DNA of 64,000 nucleotides from Vulcanimicrobiota bacterium (GTDB lineage Bacteria; Vulcanimicrobiota; Xenobia; Xenobiales; JADMJV01): NCBI GenBank assembly GCA_019637395.1, contig JAHBVR010000012.1, positions 193,842 to 257,841 of the forward strand, read 5' to 3'. Shown piece by piece: positions 54,045 to 63,800 of this stretch (position 1 is its first letter; each line of letters starts with the position of its first letter). The notes under the pieces were generated by a model. It saw only the letters and a program-made list of their open reading frames with translations, ran no database searches and was not told where the DNA came from. The position numbers and the translations under genes were made by a program.

Positions 54045-54635
54045 TCAATTGCTGAACCGCACGGATAGAAGCCGCTCCTGCCGGAAAGTCTGCTTTTTGT
54101 TCGGACTGGTCGTCTCCAGTTGGATGCGCACCCATCCGGAAACTCGTGGAGGCCCGAGAACTTTGAACGAAGTCACGAAGTCGGCGAGCTGGTGCCTCTC
54201 GACGCGCGGATCGGTGTCCAAAGACTGAAGCTCCGGCTCGGTGGGACGGTAAGGATCGATGGGGTCCAGCGTCAGCGCCGGGGGTCGGGCCACACAGCGA
54301 TACAAGAGCCCGTCCGAAGGTTTCCAACGGTAGTACACCAGTTGGTCGCCGAAACGAGGCTGTTCGCTTGGGGTGATGGGGTTGCTTACCTGAATCGAGA
54401 CCCAGGTGGGCTGCAGATCGTGCTGATGAATGACCAGCGCGGCCGAATTGGCGTAGCGCAGGTCCTGGCTGAGCCAGTTCAGGGCGCGCATTTCGGCCAT
54501 AAAGCTATGGCTTCGCTCTGATTCGACTCGAGCGTAATGCATCACCTGGATCATCATCACAGTCAGCATAGCCAGCACCAAAAAAGCCAGGGTGGACCAG
54601 ACCATCAGCTCAATCAGCGTCATTCCTCTTCTCAC
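54045..54635 (-). CDS. Prepilin-type minor pilin / pseudopilin (GspJ/PilW-like)
   Basis: Class-III signal MRRG|MTLIELMVWSTLAFLVLA, with Glu at +5. Confidence 0.7.
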   Translation of the reverse strand: MRRGMTLIELMVWSTLAFLVLAMLTVMMIQVMHYARVESERSHSFMAEMRALNWLSQDLRYANSAALVIHQHDLQPTWVSIQVSNPITPSEQPRFGDQLVYYRWKPSDGLLYRCVARPPALTLDPIDPYRPTEPELQSLDTDPRVERHQLADFVTSFKVLGPPRVSGWVRIQLETTSPNKKQTFRQERLLSVRFSN

Positions 54636-55012
54636 CGGTGCAACTCGCAGAGAAACTGCTCGCGAAAGACCGAGCGCTGCTGCTTCCCATGCTTCCAGGC
54701 GACCACCACGCGCACACGCACGGCCAGACTGGGTGGAGTCTGCGGTGTCAGGTCGATCCGTCGCTCAAAGTCGGTTCCTTCCACCGTCACCCTGTCCAGC
54801 GGCCCCCCTGCCAAAGAACCCAGGTCGTCCCGATAAATCCCCTCCAATACGTCCTGAGCCAGATTGCCCGCCAGCACGCGCTGGCGGGCCAGCTTGGAAC
54901 TGAGACTGGCTCCCGGCATCAACCCCACCAGCAACGTCAGCGACATCCCCACGATGGTAACCGTAAGAATGATCTCCAACAGGGAGACTCCCCTTACTCG
55001 CAGCGTCGCCAC
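54632..55012 (-). CDS. Prepilin-type minor pseudopilin (GspI/PilV-like)
   Basis: MATLRVRG|VSLLEIILTVTIVGMSL; 126 aa. Confidence 0.65.
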   Translation of the reverse strand: MATLRVRGVSLLEIILTVTIVGMSLTLLVGLMPGASLSSKLARQRVLAGNLAQDVLEGIYRDDLGSLAGGPLDRVTVEGTDFERRIDLTPQTPPSLAVRVRVVVAWKHGKQQRSVFREQFLCELHR

Positions 55013-56577
55013 AAAAGCACCCGGGATGTTTGGATAGGCGTGAGCAGCTTGTTCAAGTCGAAATTTACCGTGGTCGCGCCGGCGGCGTCCAATTGGTTCA
55101 GGTAATTGCTGAGAGGACCGGCCAGCATCACACTGCCGCGTATAACCGGAGCGGGGTCCAAATCATCGACGGGTTGATAATCGGTGTCGGCAAAGGCCAG
55201 TAGCTCCGCTTCCACCTGAGCCCGAGTGCGATTGCGGTTCTTGGTTTGAAAATTGGGCGACCCATTGAAGCTGGAAGTATAAGCATCGATGTAGATGCCC
55301 ATAAAGTAATCATAGCGAGGCTCGCGCGTAACCGGGTCGGGCTCCCCGCGATTGACATACCAGAAGAATACGTCGTCGTGATTGGCGGAACGCACCGGGC
55401 GTCCGATCACCATGCGGGTAGCCACCTCGGTTTGAATCAAAGCGGAATTGGTCAGCTCGCCAGCCCCCTGGCAGACTACCGAGCCCACCACCGTCATGTC
55501 GTGGGCGGTTAACTTACCGCCGGAGTAGACCAGGCCGTGGAAGTATTTCCCGGCCCCTTGCAAGGTCACGTCCGATTCGCTGGCCAGGATGGTCAGGTCG
55601 CGGTCACTCAAGTCGTTGCCCTGGTCCACAGTGATCGGCCCGCGAGCCAGCAACGCTCCCCGACCCTGCACGCGACCGTGCACCCTCACCCAACCGGGTA
55701 CATAGAGCAGGCCACCGTCCAAATTCAAATTACCCGAAATCTCGAGCGGACCAGAGGCTTCGGTATACCAGTTGACGGTTACTCCACCCACCGAACTACC
55801 TAAAGTCAGGGGCTCCACGCCGTTGGCCACGAGGTCCTGACGAATCTGCTGAATATCGAGACGAGGTATCGTCTGGGCCGCGATATGCTCACGTACTTCG
55901 CCGCGCACCCGGCTGTCGGCACCCACCCCCACCGTCGCCACGGCGCTGACATCCCCGGAAATATCGCAGTGGCCCTGCAATTTCAGACTGGCGTTGGAAT
56001 GCAAATCGACCGGATGCAGATCCCCTCGCTGGGCGGCCAGGTTACCCAAGAAGTCCACCCCGGGCATCATTCCGTTGAGGCTAAAGTCGGTCGCCTCCAT
56101 CGCAGCCCCGGTGACCAGGCCGGTTGGGAAGGCCGGGCGATAGTACATGCACTCAATCTGCACGCGAGCCGAACCGCTGACGCCCGAGCCGACCAGCAAG
56201 CAGGTTTCGCCTGGCACATTGCGTCCCTCGGGCGAGTTGCGCGCTTGTTTGGAACCGAGATTGTTGAAAGAGCAGTGAATGCCTTGAGTTTGAGCCCTGC
56301 CAAAATCAAAAGTAAGATTGCCGGTGCTCAACACCTCATAACCCGAAGCGGGCACGTTAAGAATCTCGCTATGGGTGCCGTAAGCCGCCGAGCGACAGAT
56401 CTGATCAATACCCAGGTAGATAGCCGACTCGGCCAGGTTACGCGCGTGGTCTTGCTGTTCGCTGTGTTCGCTGGTGCGCAACTGGACGGTGCTGAGAGAG
56501 GCCAGCGAAAACACGATGACCGTCCCCAGCGATAGTACCAGCAGAGCCATCAACAGAGAAGCCCCCCGGGTCTTCAT
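54994..56577 (-). CDS. Large minor pseudopilin (GspK/PilX-like)
   Basis: MKTRG|ASLLMALLVLSLGTVIVF lacks Glu+5, as in GspK. 527 aa, large like GspK. Confidence 0.55.
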   Translation of the reverse strand: MKTRGASLLMALLVLSLGTVIVFSLASLSTVQLRTSEHSEQQDHARNLAESAIYLGIDQICRSAAYGTHSEILNVPASGYEVLSTGNLTFDFGRAQTQGIHCSFNNLGSKQARNSPEGRNVPGETCLLVGSGVSGSARVQIECMYYRPAFPTGLVTGAAMEATDFSLNGMMPGVDFLGNLAAQRGDLHPVDLHSNASLKLQGHCDISGDVSAVATVGVGADSRVRGEVREHIAAQTIPRLDIQQIRQDLVANGVEPLTLGSSVGGVTVNWYTEASGPLEISGNLNLDGGLLYVPGWVRVHGRVQGRGALLARGPITVDQGNDLSDRDLTILASESDVTLQGAGKYFHGLVYSGGKLTAHDMTVVGSVVCQGAGELTNSALIQTEVATRMVIGRPVRSANHDDVFFWYVNRGEPDPVTREPRYDYFMGIYIDAYTSSFNGSPNFQTKNRNRTRAQVEAELLAFADTDYQPVDDLDPAPVIRGSVMLAGPLSNYLNQLDAAGATTVNFDLNKLLTPIQTSRVLLWRRCE

Positions 56578-56762
56578 GACGGGATGTACACCTTGGTAGT
56601 TTCCCCTCGAATTTCTTGTCTTAGCTTACTCACGCATGTCGACGAAGTGTCTACTAAACCGGCCAAGTATGAACGCAGTGTTAAAAATTTAAGCAAAGCT
56701 TGATGGAGCGGTGCCCGTCCACGGCCGAGGAGGGGATTGCTCGCATCCGCGAAGACAAATAA

Positions 56763-59700
56763 ATGTCGGGGAAACGTCTTTTCCTGTATTGGGGGATGAC
56801 CGGCTGGCTGGCGGCCGGCTGTGTCTCCACGCCCGCCCCGAAGGACTCAGCTACCCCCGTTGCTTCCGCCACGCCGGCCGCCAAGAAGAGTCATGACGGG
56901 CTGCGCTTCAAGCTCAGCCTGGCCAAAGACAACCCCGAGGCGAAAGACTCCATCCCTCTGGCCACGCCAACGACTCTGAACGAAGCCCAAGTGCAGCCTC
57001 TGTTGCGAGCTTTACCGCCCCTGCCGGCCGACGGGGGCAAATCGTTCGCTCTCAGGCAGTCTCCAGCCCCGCCCGCCCAGCCGGTCGCGCAGCCTTTCCC
57101 TCCCCCCAGACCCGCGGAAAAACCACCGGCGATCCCGGAAGGCCCTTTACAGATCCTGTCCTGTTCGCCTCAAGGCGAGGTAGAAATGGCTTCGCAGCTG
57201 CAGATCACCTTCAACCAGCCCATGGTAAGCGTGACCGGGTTGGGAGATCTCAAGGACATGCCGGTCAAGCTCACTCCCCAACCGGCCGGCCGCTGGCGCT
57301 GGCTGGGCACACAGACGCTCGTCTTCCAACCCGAGAAGCGCTTTCCCATGGCTACCCGTTTTGAAGTCGAGGTGCCCGCCGAGACGGCTGCGGCCAGCGG
57401 GACCAAACTCAAGGCGGGCAAGCAGTTCAGCTTTCAGACGCCCACTCTGCAGTTAGAGGAGAGCTGGCCCAACGGCGGTCCTCAGGAGCTGCAACCTCTG
57501 CTGTTCCTGCGTTTCAACCAGGACATCGAGGCCGAGAAAGTGGCGTCCGAGATCAAGTTGCGCGGCAATAGGGAGGAGATCCCCCTGCGCCTGGCCCGTC
57601 GCGAAGAAATCTTGGAAGACCATCGGGTGCGGGCGCTGGTGGAGTCGGCCGGAGAGAAGCGCAGCCTGGTGCTGGCTCTGAAGGGCAAGCTCTCGCCGGG
57701 CCAGGCCTATGCCGTGGAACTCCCGGCCGGATTGCACTCGAGCGAAGGTCCGCTGGGGACTACCAGAGGCCAGGCCTTCAGCTTTGAAACCTTTGCTCCG
57801 CTGGCCATCCAGCCTAAGACCACTAAGGTCAAACCTTTTAAAGGGTGGAGCGTGCTCTTCAACAACGAGCTGGATGGAAAGAAATGGAACCCCAAGTGGG
57901 TTCGTTTCCAGCCGGAAGTGCCCGCTCTCCAGATTCAGGTGGATGGTTCCGCCCTGGTTTTCAAGGGACGCTTCAAGGCCCGCAGCCGCTATCAAGTCAC
58001 TCTGGACCGAGAGATTCTGGATCACTATGGGCAAAAGCTGGGCCACGAGGAGACTTTTGCCATCGAAGTGGGTCCGGTCGAACCGACTTTCTCTGGCCCA
58101 TCCTCACGGTTCCTTACGCTGGATCCAGCGGGTAAGCCGGAAGTGACTTGCCGTGTGGTCAACCTGCCCAACCTGCGCGTGCGCGCCTGGCGGGTGGAAC
58201 CCGGAGATTGGGACGCTTACGTCAAAGCCAGGGGCCAGGACGAACCCCAAGATGTTCCGGGCCAGGCCGTGCTGGATGAAAAGGTGCGCACCGGGGTCGA
58301 GCCGGATCAAGCCGGGGAAGTTCAGGTGGATCTATCCTCGGCCTTTCCCAAGGGCCTGGGCCAGGCCGTAGCGCTGATCGAGCCGGTTGGGCGCAAACGC
58401 GATGAGAATCGCTTCTTTGCCTGGGTGCAGTCGACTCGCATCGGCATGGACGCCTGCGCCGACGGGCGCGAAATCGTAGCCTGGATCAATCGACTCGACA
58501 GCGGCGCGGCCTGGCCGGGGGTACAGGTCCAACTGTTGGGCTCGAAGCGCCGCGCCGAAAGCGACGGCAACGGCCTGGCGGTCCTCCAGCCGGAAACGGC
58601 CGGCTCTCTGCTGGTCGCGCGCGCGGGCGAGGACCTGGCCGTTCTACCGCGTGATTTCAACGGTTGGAACTCGGGAGCCTGGCTCCCCGAGCGCGGCAAA
58701 AACGAAATGCTCTGGCACGTGGTTGATGACCGCCATCTCTATCGACCCGGCGAAAGCGTACACGTCAAAGGCTGGCTGCGCCGCCTGGGCCGGGGCCCCG
58801 ACGGGGACCTGCAGGCCGCTCCGCCCGGTCAGGTCGGCTACGAGCTACGCGATGGTGAGGGCCATTCTATCTCCAAGGGAGAGGCCAGGACGGGGGGTCT
58901 GGGCGGATTCTCGCTGGAGCTGAAGCTGCCCAAGACAATGGGTCTGGGCAGTTGCAACTTGCTGCTCGGCGGCCCCGAGAACTCGAGTTACCGTCACACC
59001 TTTGAAGTCCAGGAATTCCGCCGGCCGGAGTTCGAGGTGAGCGCCTCGGCCGAGCCGGGGATCGGCCAGATCGGCAAATCGGCCGTGGTTACGGCCAAAG
59101 CCGCTTATTTTTCGGGAGGTCTGCTGGGTAACACCAGGGTGGACTGGCGGGTACGCAGCACGCCCACCAGCTTCAGCCCCCCAGGTTGGGAGGGCTACAG
59201 CTTTGGTTCCTGGACGCCCTGGTGGGAAGGCGGGATAGACACCCTTGTACCCGACAACTCGATCACCCAGGAGGCACGCACCGATTCCGAGGGCAAGAGC
59301 CAGCTGAAAGTCGACTTCCTCTCGGTCGACCCGCCCCACCCGCATACTCTGCGAGCGGAAGCCTCGATACAGGACGTCAATCGCCAGACCTGGACGTCCG
59401 AGACTTCGGTACTGGTCCATCCGGCCGCACTCTACGTGGGCCTCAAGAGCGACACCACCTTTGTGCAGAAGGGGCAGCCGCTCAAGGTTTCCGTGGTGGT
59501 CACCGATCTGGACGGCAAGGCGGTCGTCGGGAAACCGGTAAAGTTGCGAAGCTATCGGCAGCAATGGGGTTCTCAGGGTCAGCTGCTGGAAGCCGACGCG
59601 CATGAACACACTCTAAATTCCGCCGCCACTCCGGTTGCTTTTGAACTGCCCGCCAAAGAAGGCGGAACCTACCGATTGGAAGCGCGCGTGCAGGACGACG

Positions 59701-62579
59701 AAAACCGCGCCAATATCTGCGATCTGACGCTCTGGGTGGCCGGCGAAAAGCCGAAGCCGATCACCACGGTAGAGCAAGAGAAGCTCACGCTGGTGCCCGG
59801 CAAGCGCGAGTATCAGGCCGGCGAGACGGCCGAGGTGCTGGTGCAGGCTCCCTTTGCTCCGGCCGAGCTGCTGGTCACCAGCCGGCGCGACGGCATCGCT
59901 TCGGTGCAACGTTTGAGTGCGCCGCAGGGCAGCCTGACCGTCAAGCTGCCCTTGCGCGCAGTGGATATTCCCGGTCTGACGCTGCAGGTGGATGCGGTGG
60001 GCACGCAAGTGCGTGAGGACGGCAAGAGCCGGCGGCCGGCCTATGCCAGCGGCGAGGTAGCCCTGCAGATGTCGCGCGCTCCCCGCCGGCTCAAGGTGGA
60101 GGTCAAACCCGGCCGAGAGCAACTGCAGCCGGGCCAGGCCGCCCAGGTCGAGGTGCAGGTGAGCGACGACAAGGGGCAACCGGCTTCCGGGGTGGTCACC
60201 TTCCTGGCCGTGGACGAGTCGGTGCTGGCCCTGAGCGGCTATGACCCCGCCGACCCGCTGGAGACGTTTTGCCCATGGCGAGAAGCCGGCGTGGTGGACG
60301 ATCATTCGCGACAGTTCTTGGAGCTGGGCCAGGTAAGACAAGACGCAGGGGCAGAGTTTAGCATCGCAGCTACTGCCACACCGGAGCCTGAAGCACAGCC
60401 GAGCAGCCTTCCGCCCATCAACTACAACGCCGCCGTCGGCAGCAGCGCGGGCGTTCCGCCACCCAAAAGTTTCAAAATACGCAGCAACTTCACCCCGCTG
60501 GCCGCCTTTGAGCCCTACGTGCAGACCGACGCCAAAGGGCACGCCAAGATCAGCTTTAAACTGCCCGACAACCTGACGCGCTATCGCCTGGTCGCGCTGG
60601 CCCAGGTGGGCGTCAAGCAGTTCGGCAAGGGCGAGAGCAGCCTGACCGTGCGCAAGCCCCTGCAGCTCCGCCCCTCTCCGCCGCGTTTCCTGAACTTTGG
60701 AGACAAATTCCAACTGCCGGTGGTGCTACAGAACCAGACCGACGAAGCCATGCAAGTCGAACTGGTCTGCCGTGGCTCCAACGTGGCCGTCGACGGCGGC
60801 CAGGCGGCCGGCTACCGTCTGGAGCTGAACCCTCAGGATCGGCGTGAAATCCGCATCCCCTGCGCCACCGACAAGGCCGGCACAGCCCAATTCCAGTTCG
60901 GCGCCCATGCCATCGCCGGTAGCGACGCCGCCCAGATCAGCCTGCCCGTCCGGACGCCGGCCACCAGCGAGGCCTTCGCCACCTACGGAGTGCTCGATCA
61001 GGGCGCCACCCGCCAGCCGGTGCAACGCCCCGGCGACATCTTCCCTCAATTCGGCAACCTGAGCGTCACCACCAGCTCGACGGCTCTGTCCGAGTTGAGC
61101 GACTCACTGCTTTACCTGGTGGATTACCCTTTCGAATGTTCGGAACAACTGGCCTCCCGGGTGCTCTGCACAGCCGCCCTGCGCGACGTCCTCAGCGCCT
61201 TTCAAACTCCCCAACTGGAGCCGGCCAGGCTGCAGTCAGCTCTCGAGAAGGACCTGGCCAAACTGCGCGGCCTGCAAAACGACGACGGTGGCTGGGACTA
61301 CTGGCAACGGGACAAGCCCTCCGTTCCCTACTTGAGCGTGCACTTAGCCCACATGCTGGTGCGGGTCCGTTCCAAAGGCTACCAAGTCGATCCCGATTGT
61401 CTGGAGCAAGCCCTGGCCTATGTAAGGGAAATCGAGAGCCATCTCACCGACCCGGAATACTCCGCCGAAAGCAAACGGTCGCTCCGCGCTTACGCGCTCT
61501 ATGTGCAGCATCTGGAGGGACATCCCGTACCGGCCAAGGCCAAAGCTTTGCTCAAAGAAGCTCCGCTCGAGCAACTGGGCCCGGAAGTGCTGGCCTGGCT
61601 GTTACCTACATTGGGGCCGGATCAGCGCATCCTCACCTATTTTGAGAGCCACAGCAATCAGACCGCTGCCAGCGCCGAGTTCAGCTTCCAATACCAGGAT
61701 AAAGGCCCGCTCATCCTTTACTCCGACCGCCGCGATGACGCCTTGATTCTGGAGGCGTTACTGCGGGTCCAACCCAATCATCCGCTCATTCCCAAGCTGG
61801 TGCGCGGCCTGCTCGACCACCGCCGCCAGGGCCGTTGGGAGAACACTCAGGAGAACTGCTGGGTCGTGCTGGCCATGGACGCCTATTTCCAGAAATTCGA
61901 AAAGACCTCGCCAGACTTTCTGGCCAAAATCTGGTTAAGCGACCAGTCGGCCGGCCAGCAGACTTTTCGCGGTCGGCAAAAAGGCGAAAGAGTGGTGGAA
62001 ATTCCCATGGCCCAGGTGCCCGAGAAAGCCGAGCTGGTGTTGGCCAAACAGGGTAAAGGCCGCCTCTACTACCGACTGGGCCTGAACTACGCTCCCAAGA
62101 ACCTGCTATTGGAAGCGCTGGACCACGGCTTCGCGCTGGAGCGCAGCTATGAAGCCGTTAAAGAGAACCGCGACGTACGCCGCGATGACAGCGGAGTCTG
62201 GCACATCAAGGCGGGCGCCCTGGTGCGCGTGCGTCTGAACATGCAGACCCCGGCGCGCCGCTACCAGGTGGTTCTGTTCGATCCGCTACCTGCCGGTCTT
62301 GAAGCTCTCAACCCTGAACTGCGGGGTGGGGAGAGCGTGCAACCGCCGCAAAGTCACCTGGACGGCTGGTGGACCAGTCACTGGTTCGACCATCAGAACC
62401 TGCGGGACGAACAAGTGGAAGCCTTTACGCAACTGCTCTGGGAGGGAGTCTACCAATACGACTACCTGGCCCGGGCCACCACTCCCGGAGAGTTCGTAGT
62501 GCCCCCCTGCCAGGCCGAAGAAATGTATCATCCCGAAACTTTCGGGCGCACCCACAGCGATAAGGTAATCGTCGAGTGA
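56763..62579 (+). CDS. Bacterial alpha-2-macroglobulin (A2M/YfhM-type) lipoprotein with an intact thioester motif
   Basis: 1938 aa. Lipobox LAAGC at the N-terminus. A long array of MG/Ig-like domains. Thioester CxEQ present (YPFECSEQ). Terpenoid-cyclase-like TED and receptor-binding-like C-terminal domain. Confidence 0.9.
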   Translation: MSGKRLFLYWGMTGWLAAGCVSTPAPKDSATPVASATPAAKKSHDGLRFKLSLAKDNPEAKDSIPLATPTTLNEAQVQPLLRALPPLPADGGKSFALRQSPAPPAQPVAQPFPPPRPAEKPPAIPEGPLQILSCSPQGEVEMASQLQITFNQPMVSVTGLGDLKDMPVKLTPQPAGRWRWLGTQTLVFQPEKRFPMATRFEVEVPAETAAASGTKLKAGKQFSFQTPTLQLEESWPNGGPQELQPLLFLRFNQDIEAEKVASEIKLRGNREEIPLRLARREEILEDHRVRALVESAGEKRSLVLALKGKLSPGQAYAVELPAGLHSSEGPLGTTRGQAFSFETFAPLAIQPKTTKVKPFKGWSVLFNNELDGKKWNPKWVRFQPEVPALQIQVDGSALVFKGRFKARSRYQVTLDREILDHYGQKLGHEETFAIEVGPVEPTFSGPSSRFLTLDPAGKPEVTCRVVNLPNLRVRAWRVEPGDWDAYVKARGQDEPQDVPGQAVLDEKVRTGVEPDQAGEVQVDLSSAFPKGLGQAVALIEPVGRKRDENRFFAWVQSTRIGMDACADGREIVAWINRLDSGAAWPGVQVQLLGSKRRAESDGNGLAVLQPETAGSLLVARAGEDLAVLPRDFNGWNSGAWLPERGKNEMLWHVVDDRHLYRPGESVHVKGWLRRLGRGPDGDLQAAPPGQVGYELRDGEGHSISKGEARTGGLGGFSLELKLPKTMGLGSCNLLLGGPENSSYRHTFEVQEFRRPEFEVSASAEPGIGQIGKSAVVTAKAAYFSGGLLGNTRVDWRVRSTPTSFSPPGWEGYSFGSWTPWWEGGIDTLVPDNSITQEARTDSEGKSQLKVDFLSVDPPHPHTLRAEASIQDVNRQTWTSETSVLVHPAALYVGLKSDTTFVQKGQPLKVSVVVTDLDGKAVVGKPVKLRSYRQQWGSQGQLLEADAHEHTLNSAATPVAFELPAKEGGTYRLEARVQDDENRANICDLTLWVAGEKPKPITTVEQEKLTLVPGKREYQAGETAEVLVQAPFAPAELLVTSRRDGIASVQRLSAPQGSLTVKLPLRAVDIPGLTLQVDAVGTQVREDGKSRRPAYASGEVALQMSRAPRRLKVEVKPGREQLQPGQAAQVEVQVSDDKGQPASGVVTFLAVDESVLALSGYDPADPLETFCPWREAGVVDDHSRQFLELGQVRQDAGAEFSIAATATPEPEAQPSSLPPINYNAAVGSSAGVPPPKSFKIRSNFTPLAAFEPYVQTDAKGHAKISFKLPDNLTRYRLVALAQVGVKQFGKGESSLTVRKPLQLRPSPPRFLNFGDKFQLPVVLQNQTDEAMQVELVCRGSNVAVDGGQAAGYRLELNPQDRREIRIPCATDKAGTAQFQFGAHAIAGSDAAQISLPVRTPATSEAFATYGVLDQGATRQPVQRPGDIFPQFGNLSVTTSSTALSELSDSLLYLVDYPFECSEQLASRVLCTAALRDVLSAFQTPQLEPARLQSALEKDLAKLRGLQNDDGGWDYWQRDKPSVPYLSVHLAHMLVRVRSKGYQVDPDCLEQALAYVREIESHLTDPEYSAESKRSLRAYALYVQHLEGHPVPAKAKALLKEAPLEQLGPEVLAWLLPTLGPDQRILTYFESHSNQTAASAEFSFQYQDKGPLILYSDRRDDALILEALLRVQPNHPLIPKLVRGLLDHRRQGRWENTQENCWVVLAMDAYFQKFEKTSPDFLAKIWLSDQSAGQQTFRGRQKGERVVEIPMAQVPEKAELVLAKQGKGRLYYRLGLNYAPKNLLLEALDHGFALERSYEAVKENRDVRRDDSGVWHIKAGALVRVRLNMQTPARRYQVVLFDPLPAGLEALNPELRGGESVQPPQSHLDGWWTSHWFDHQNLRDEQVEAFTQLLWEGVYQYDYLARATTPGEFVVPPCQAEEMYHPETFGRTHSDKVIVE

Positions 62580-62836
62580 AAACCCTGCACGCTTTCGTTT
62601 CTGGACACGTGCAGGGCGTGAGTTTTCGTTGGCACGTGCGCCGGTGGGCTCACCACCTGGGCATCCAGGGTTGGGTTCGCAACCTCGACGATGGCCGGGT
62701 CGAACTGCAAGCTCAGGGAGAGCGCTTGGAAGAATTTTTGCAACATGTGCGCCGGGGGTCCGAGGGCTCCCGAGTCAGCTCGGTCCAGGAAGCCTGGCTG
62801 GACGGCCTCCCGCTGGGCCCCTTCGAGATACTCTAA
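62576..62836 (+). CDS. acyP: Acylphosphatase
   Basis: VSGHVQGVSFRW…GWVRNLDDGRVE; 86 aa. Overlaps the A2M stop by 4 bp. Confidence 0.85.
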   Translation: MKTLHAFVSGHVQGVSFRWHVRRWAHHLGIQGWVRNLDDGRVELQAQGERLEEFLQHVRRGSEGSRVSSVQEAWLDGLPLGPFEIL

Positions 62837-62841
62837 ACAGG

Positions 62842-62876
62842 CCTCAACGTTGAGGTTGTTAAACTTTTGTTTAACG
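62842..62876 (+). terminator. Tandem hairpins after acyP (putative terminator)
   Basis: CCTCAACGTTGAGG (self-complementary 14-mer) followed by GTTAAAC-TTTT-GTTTAAC and a T-rich tail. Confidence 0.5.
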
Positions 62877-62937
62877 CTTTACAGCCTGAAAATATGTGGG
62901 AGAATGGTGAAAATGATGAATCGGGAGATAGTTAGCC

Positions 62938-63726
62938 ATGGCTTTTGTCGGTAACGTTGGTTTTAACCAGATGTCCCCCTTCGGCTTCGGCGGGATGCAG
63001 CAGCAGAATCCCTATCAGCAAGGTTTCATGATGGGTCAGCAAATGGCCCAGATGCAGCAGATGATGCAAATGATGATGGGCATGATGCAGATGATGATGG
63101 GCGGAGGCGGCTTCAACCCCGCCATGATGGGCGGAATGCCCGGCATGCCCGGAATCGGCGGCGGATTCCCCGGCATCGGGAACGGCATGGGTGGTTATAT
63201 GGGAGGCGGCCAACCCTTCTCCCCGATGCCCTTCAGCCCTGGCGGTTTCCCCGGCGGCGGCGCGCCTTATGGGCCCGGCTACGCCAACGGCGCTCAGCCC
63301 ATGTTGCCCGGCCAGGTCGGCAGCGGCGGCTTGGCCGCCGTCGCTCTGGGCCAGCGTTTCCTGGGTCAGAACTCCATCGACATCAAGGGCCGTTTGCCCA
63401 ACTTCACGGCGGCCGGCGGCCAGACCAACAACTGCGCCGACTTCGTATCCTCGCTGCTGCAAAGCACAGGCGGACTGCAGGGCCACTTCGTCAATGTGCG
63501 CGGCCTGGAGCAGGCGCTACTGCGCCAGGGTTATCGCCGCATTCCCGCCGAGCAGGCCCGGCCTGGCGATGTCTGGATGAACCCCAGCCGTGGCCATACC
63601 GAAATGGTGGCCACCCCCGGCGCCACGCAGTTGATCGGCTCCAACAACGATCGCCCCGGTCACCAGCGGATTTCCCAACACGCCAACCGCAACCCGCAGG
63701 GCGGCGTCTATTATAGCCGACAGTAA
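62938..63726 (+). CDS. CHAP-domain (Cys/His amidohydrolase-peptidase) protein with an extremely Met/Gln/Gly-rich N-terminus
   Basis: The N-terminal ~100 aa are low-complexity (QQMAQMQQMMQMMMGMMQMMMGGGG…). The C-terminus has the CHAP catalytic Cys (NNCADFVSS) and His (GHTEMVA). Confidence 0.7.
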   Translation: MAFVGNVGFNQMSPFGFGGMQQQNPYQQGFMMGQQMAQMQQMMQMMMGMMQMMMGGGGFNPAMMGGMPGMPGIGGGFPGIGNGMGGYMGGGQPFSPMPFSPGGFPGGGAPYGPGYANGAQPMLPGQVGSGGLAAVALGQRFLGQNSIDIKGRLPNFTAAGGQTNNCADFVSSLLQSTGGLQGHFVNVRGLEQALLRQGYRRIPAEQARPGDVWMNPSRGHTEMVATPGATQLIGSNNDRPGHQRISQHANRNPQGGVYYSRQ

Positions 63727-63800
63727 ATTCCGTCGTTGGTAGCGAACAGGGCCCCGGTTCCGAAGAGCCGGGGCCTTATTATTTTGGGGAGAACATCCTG

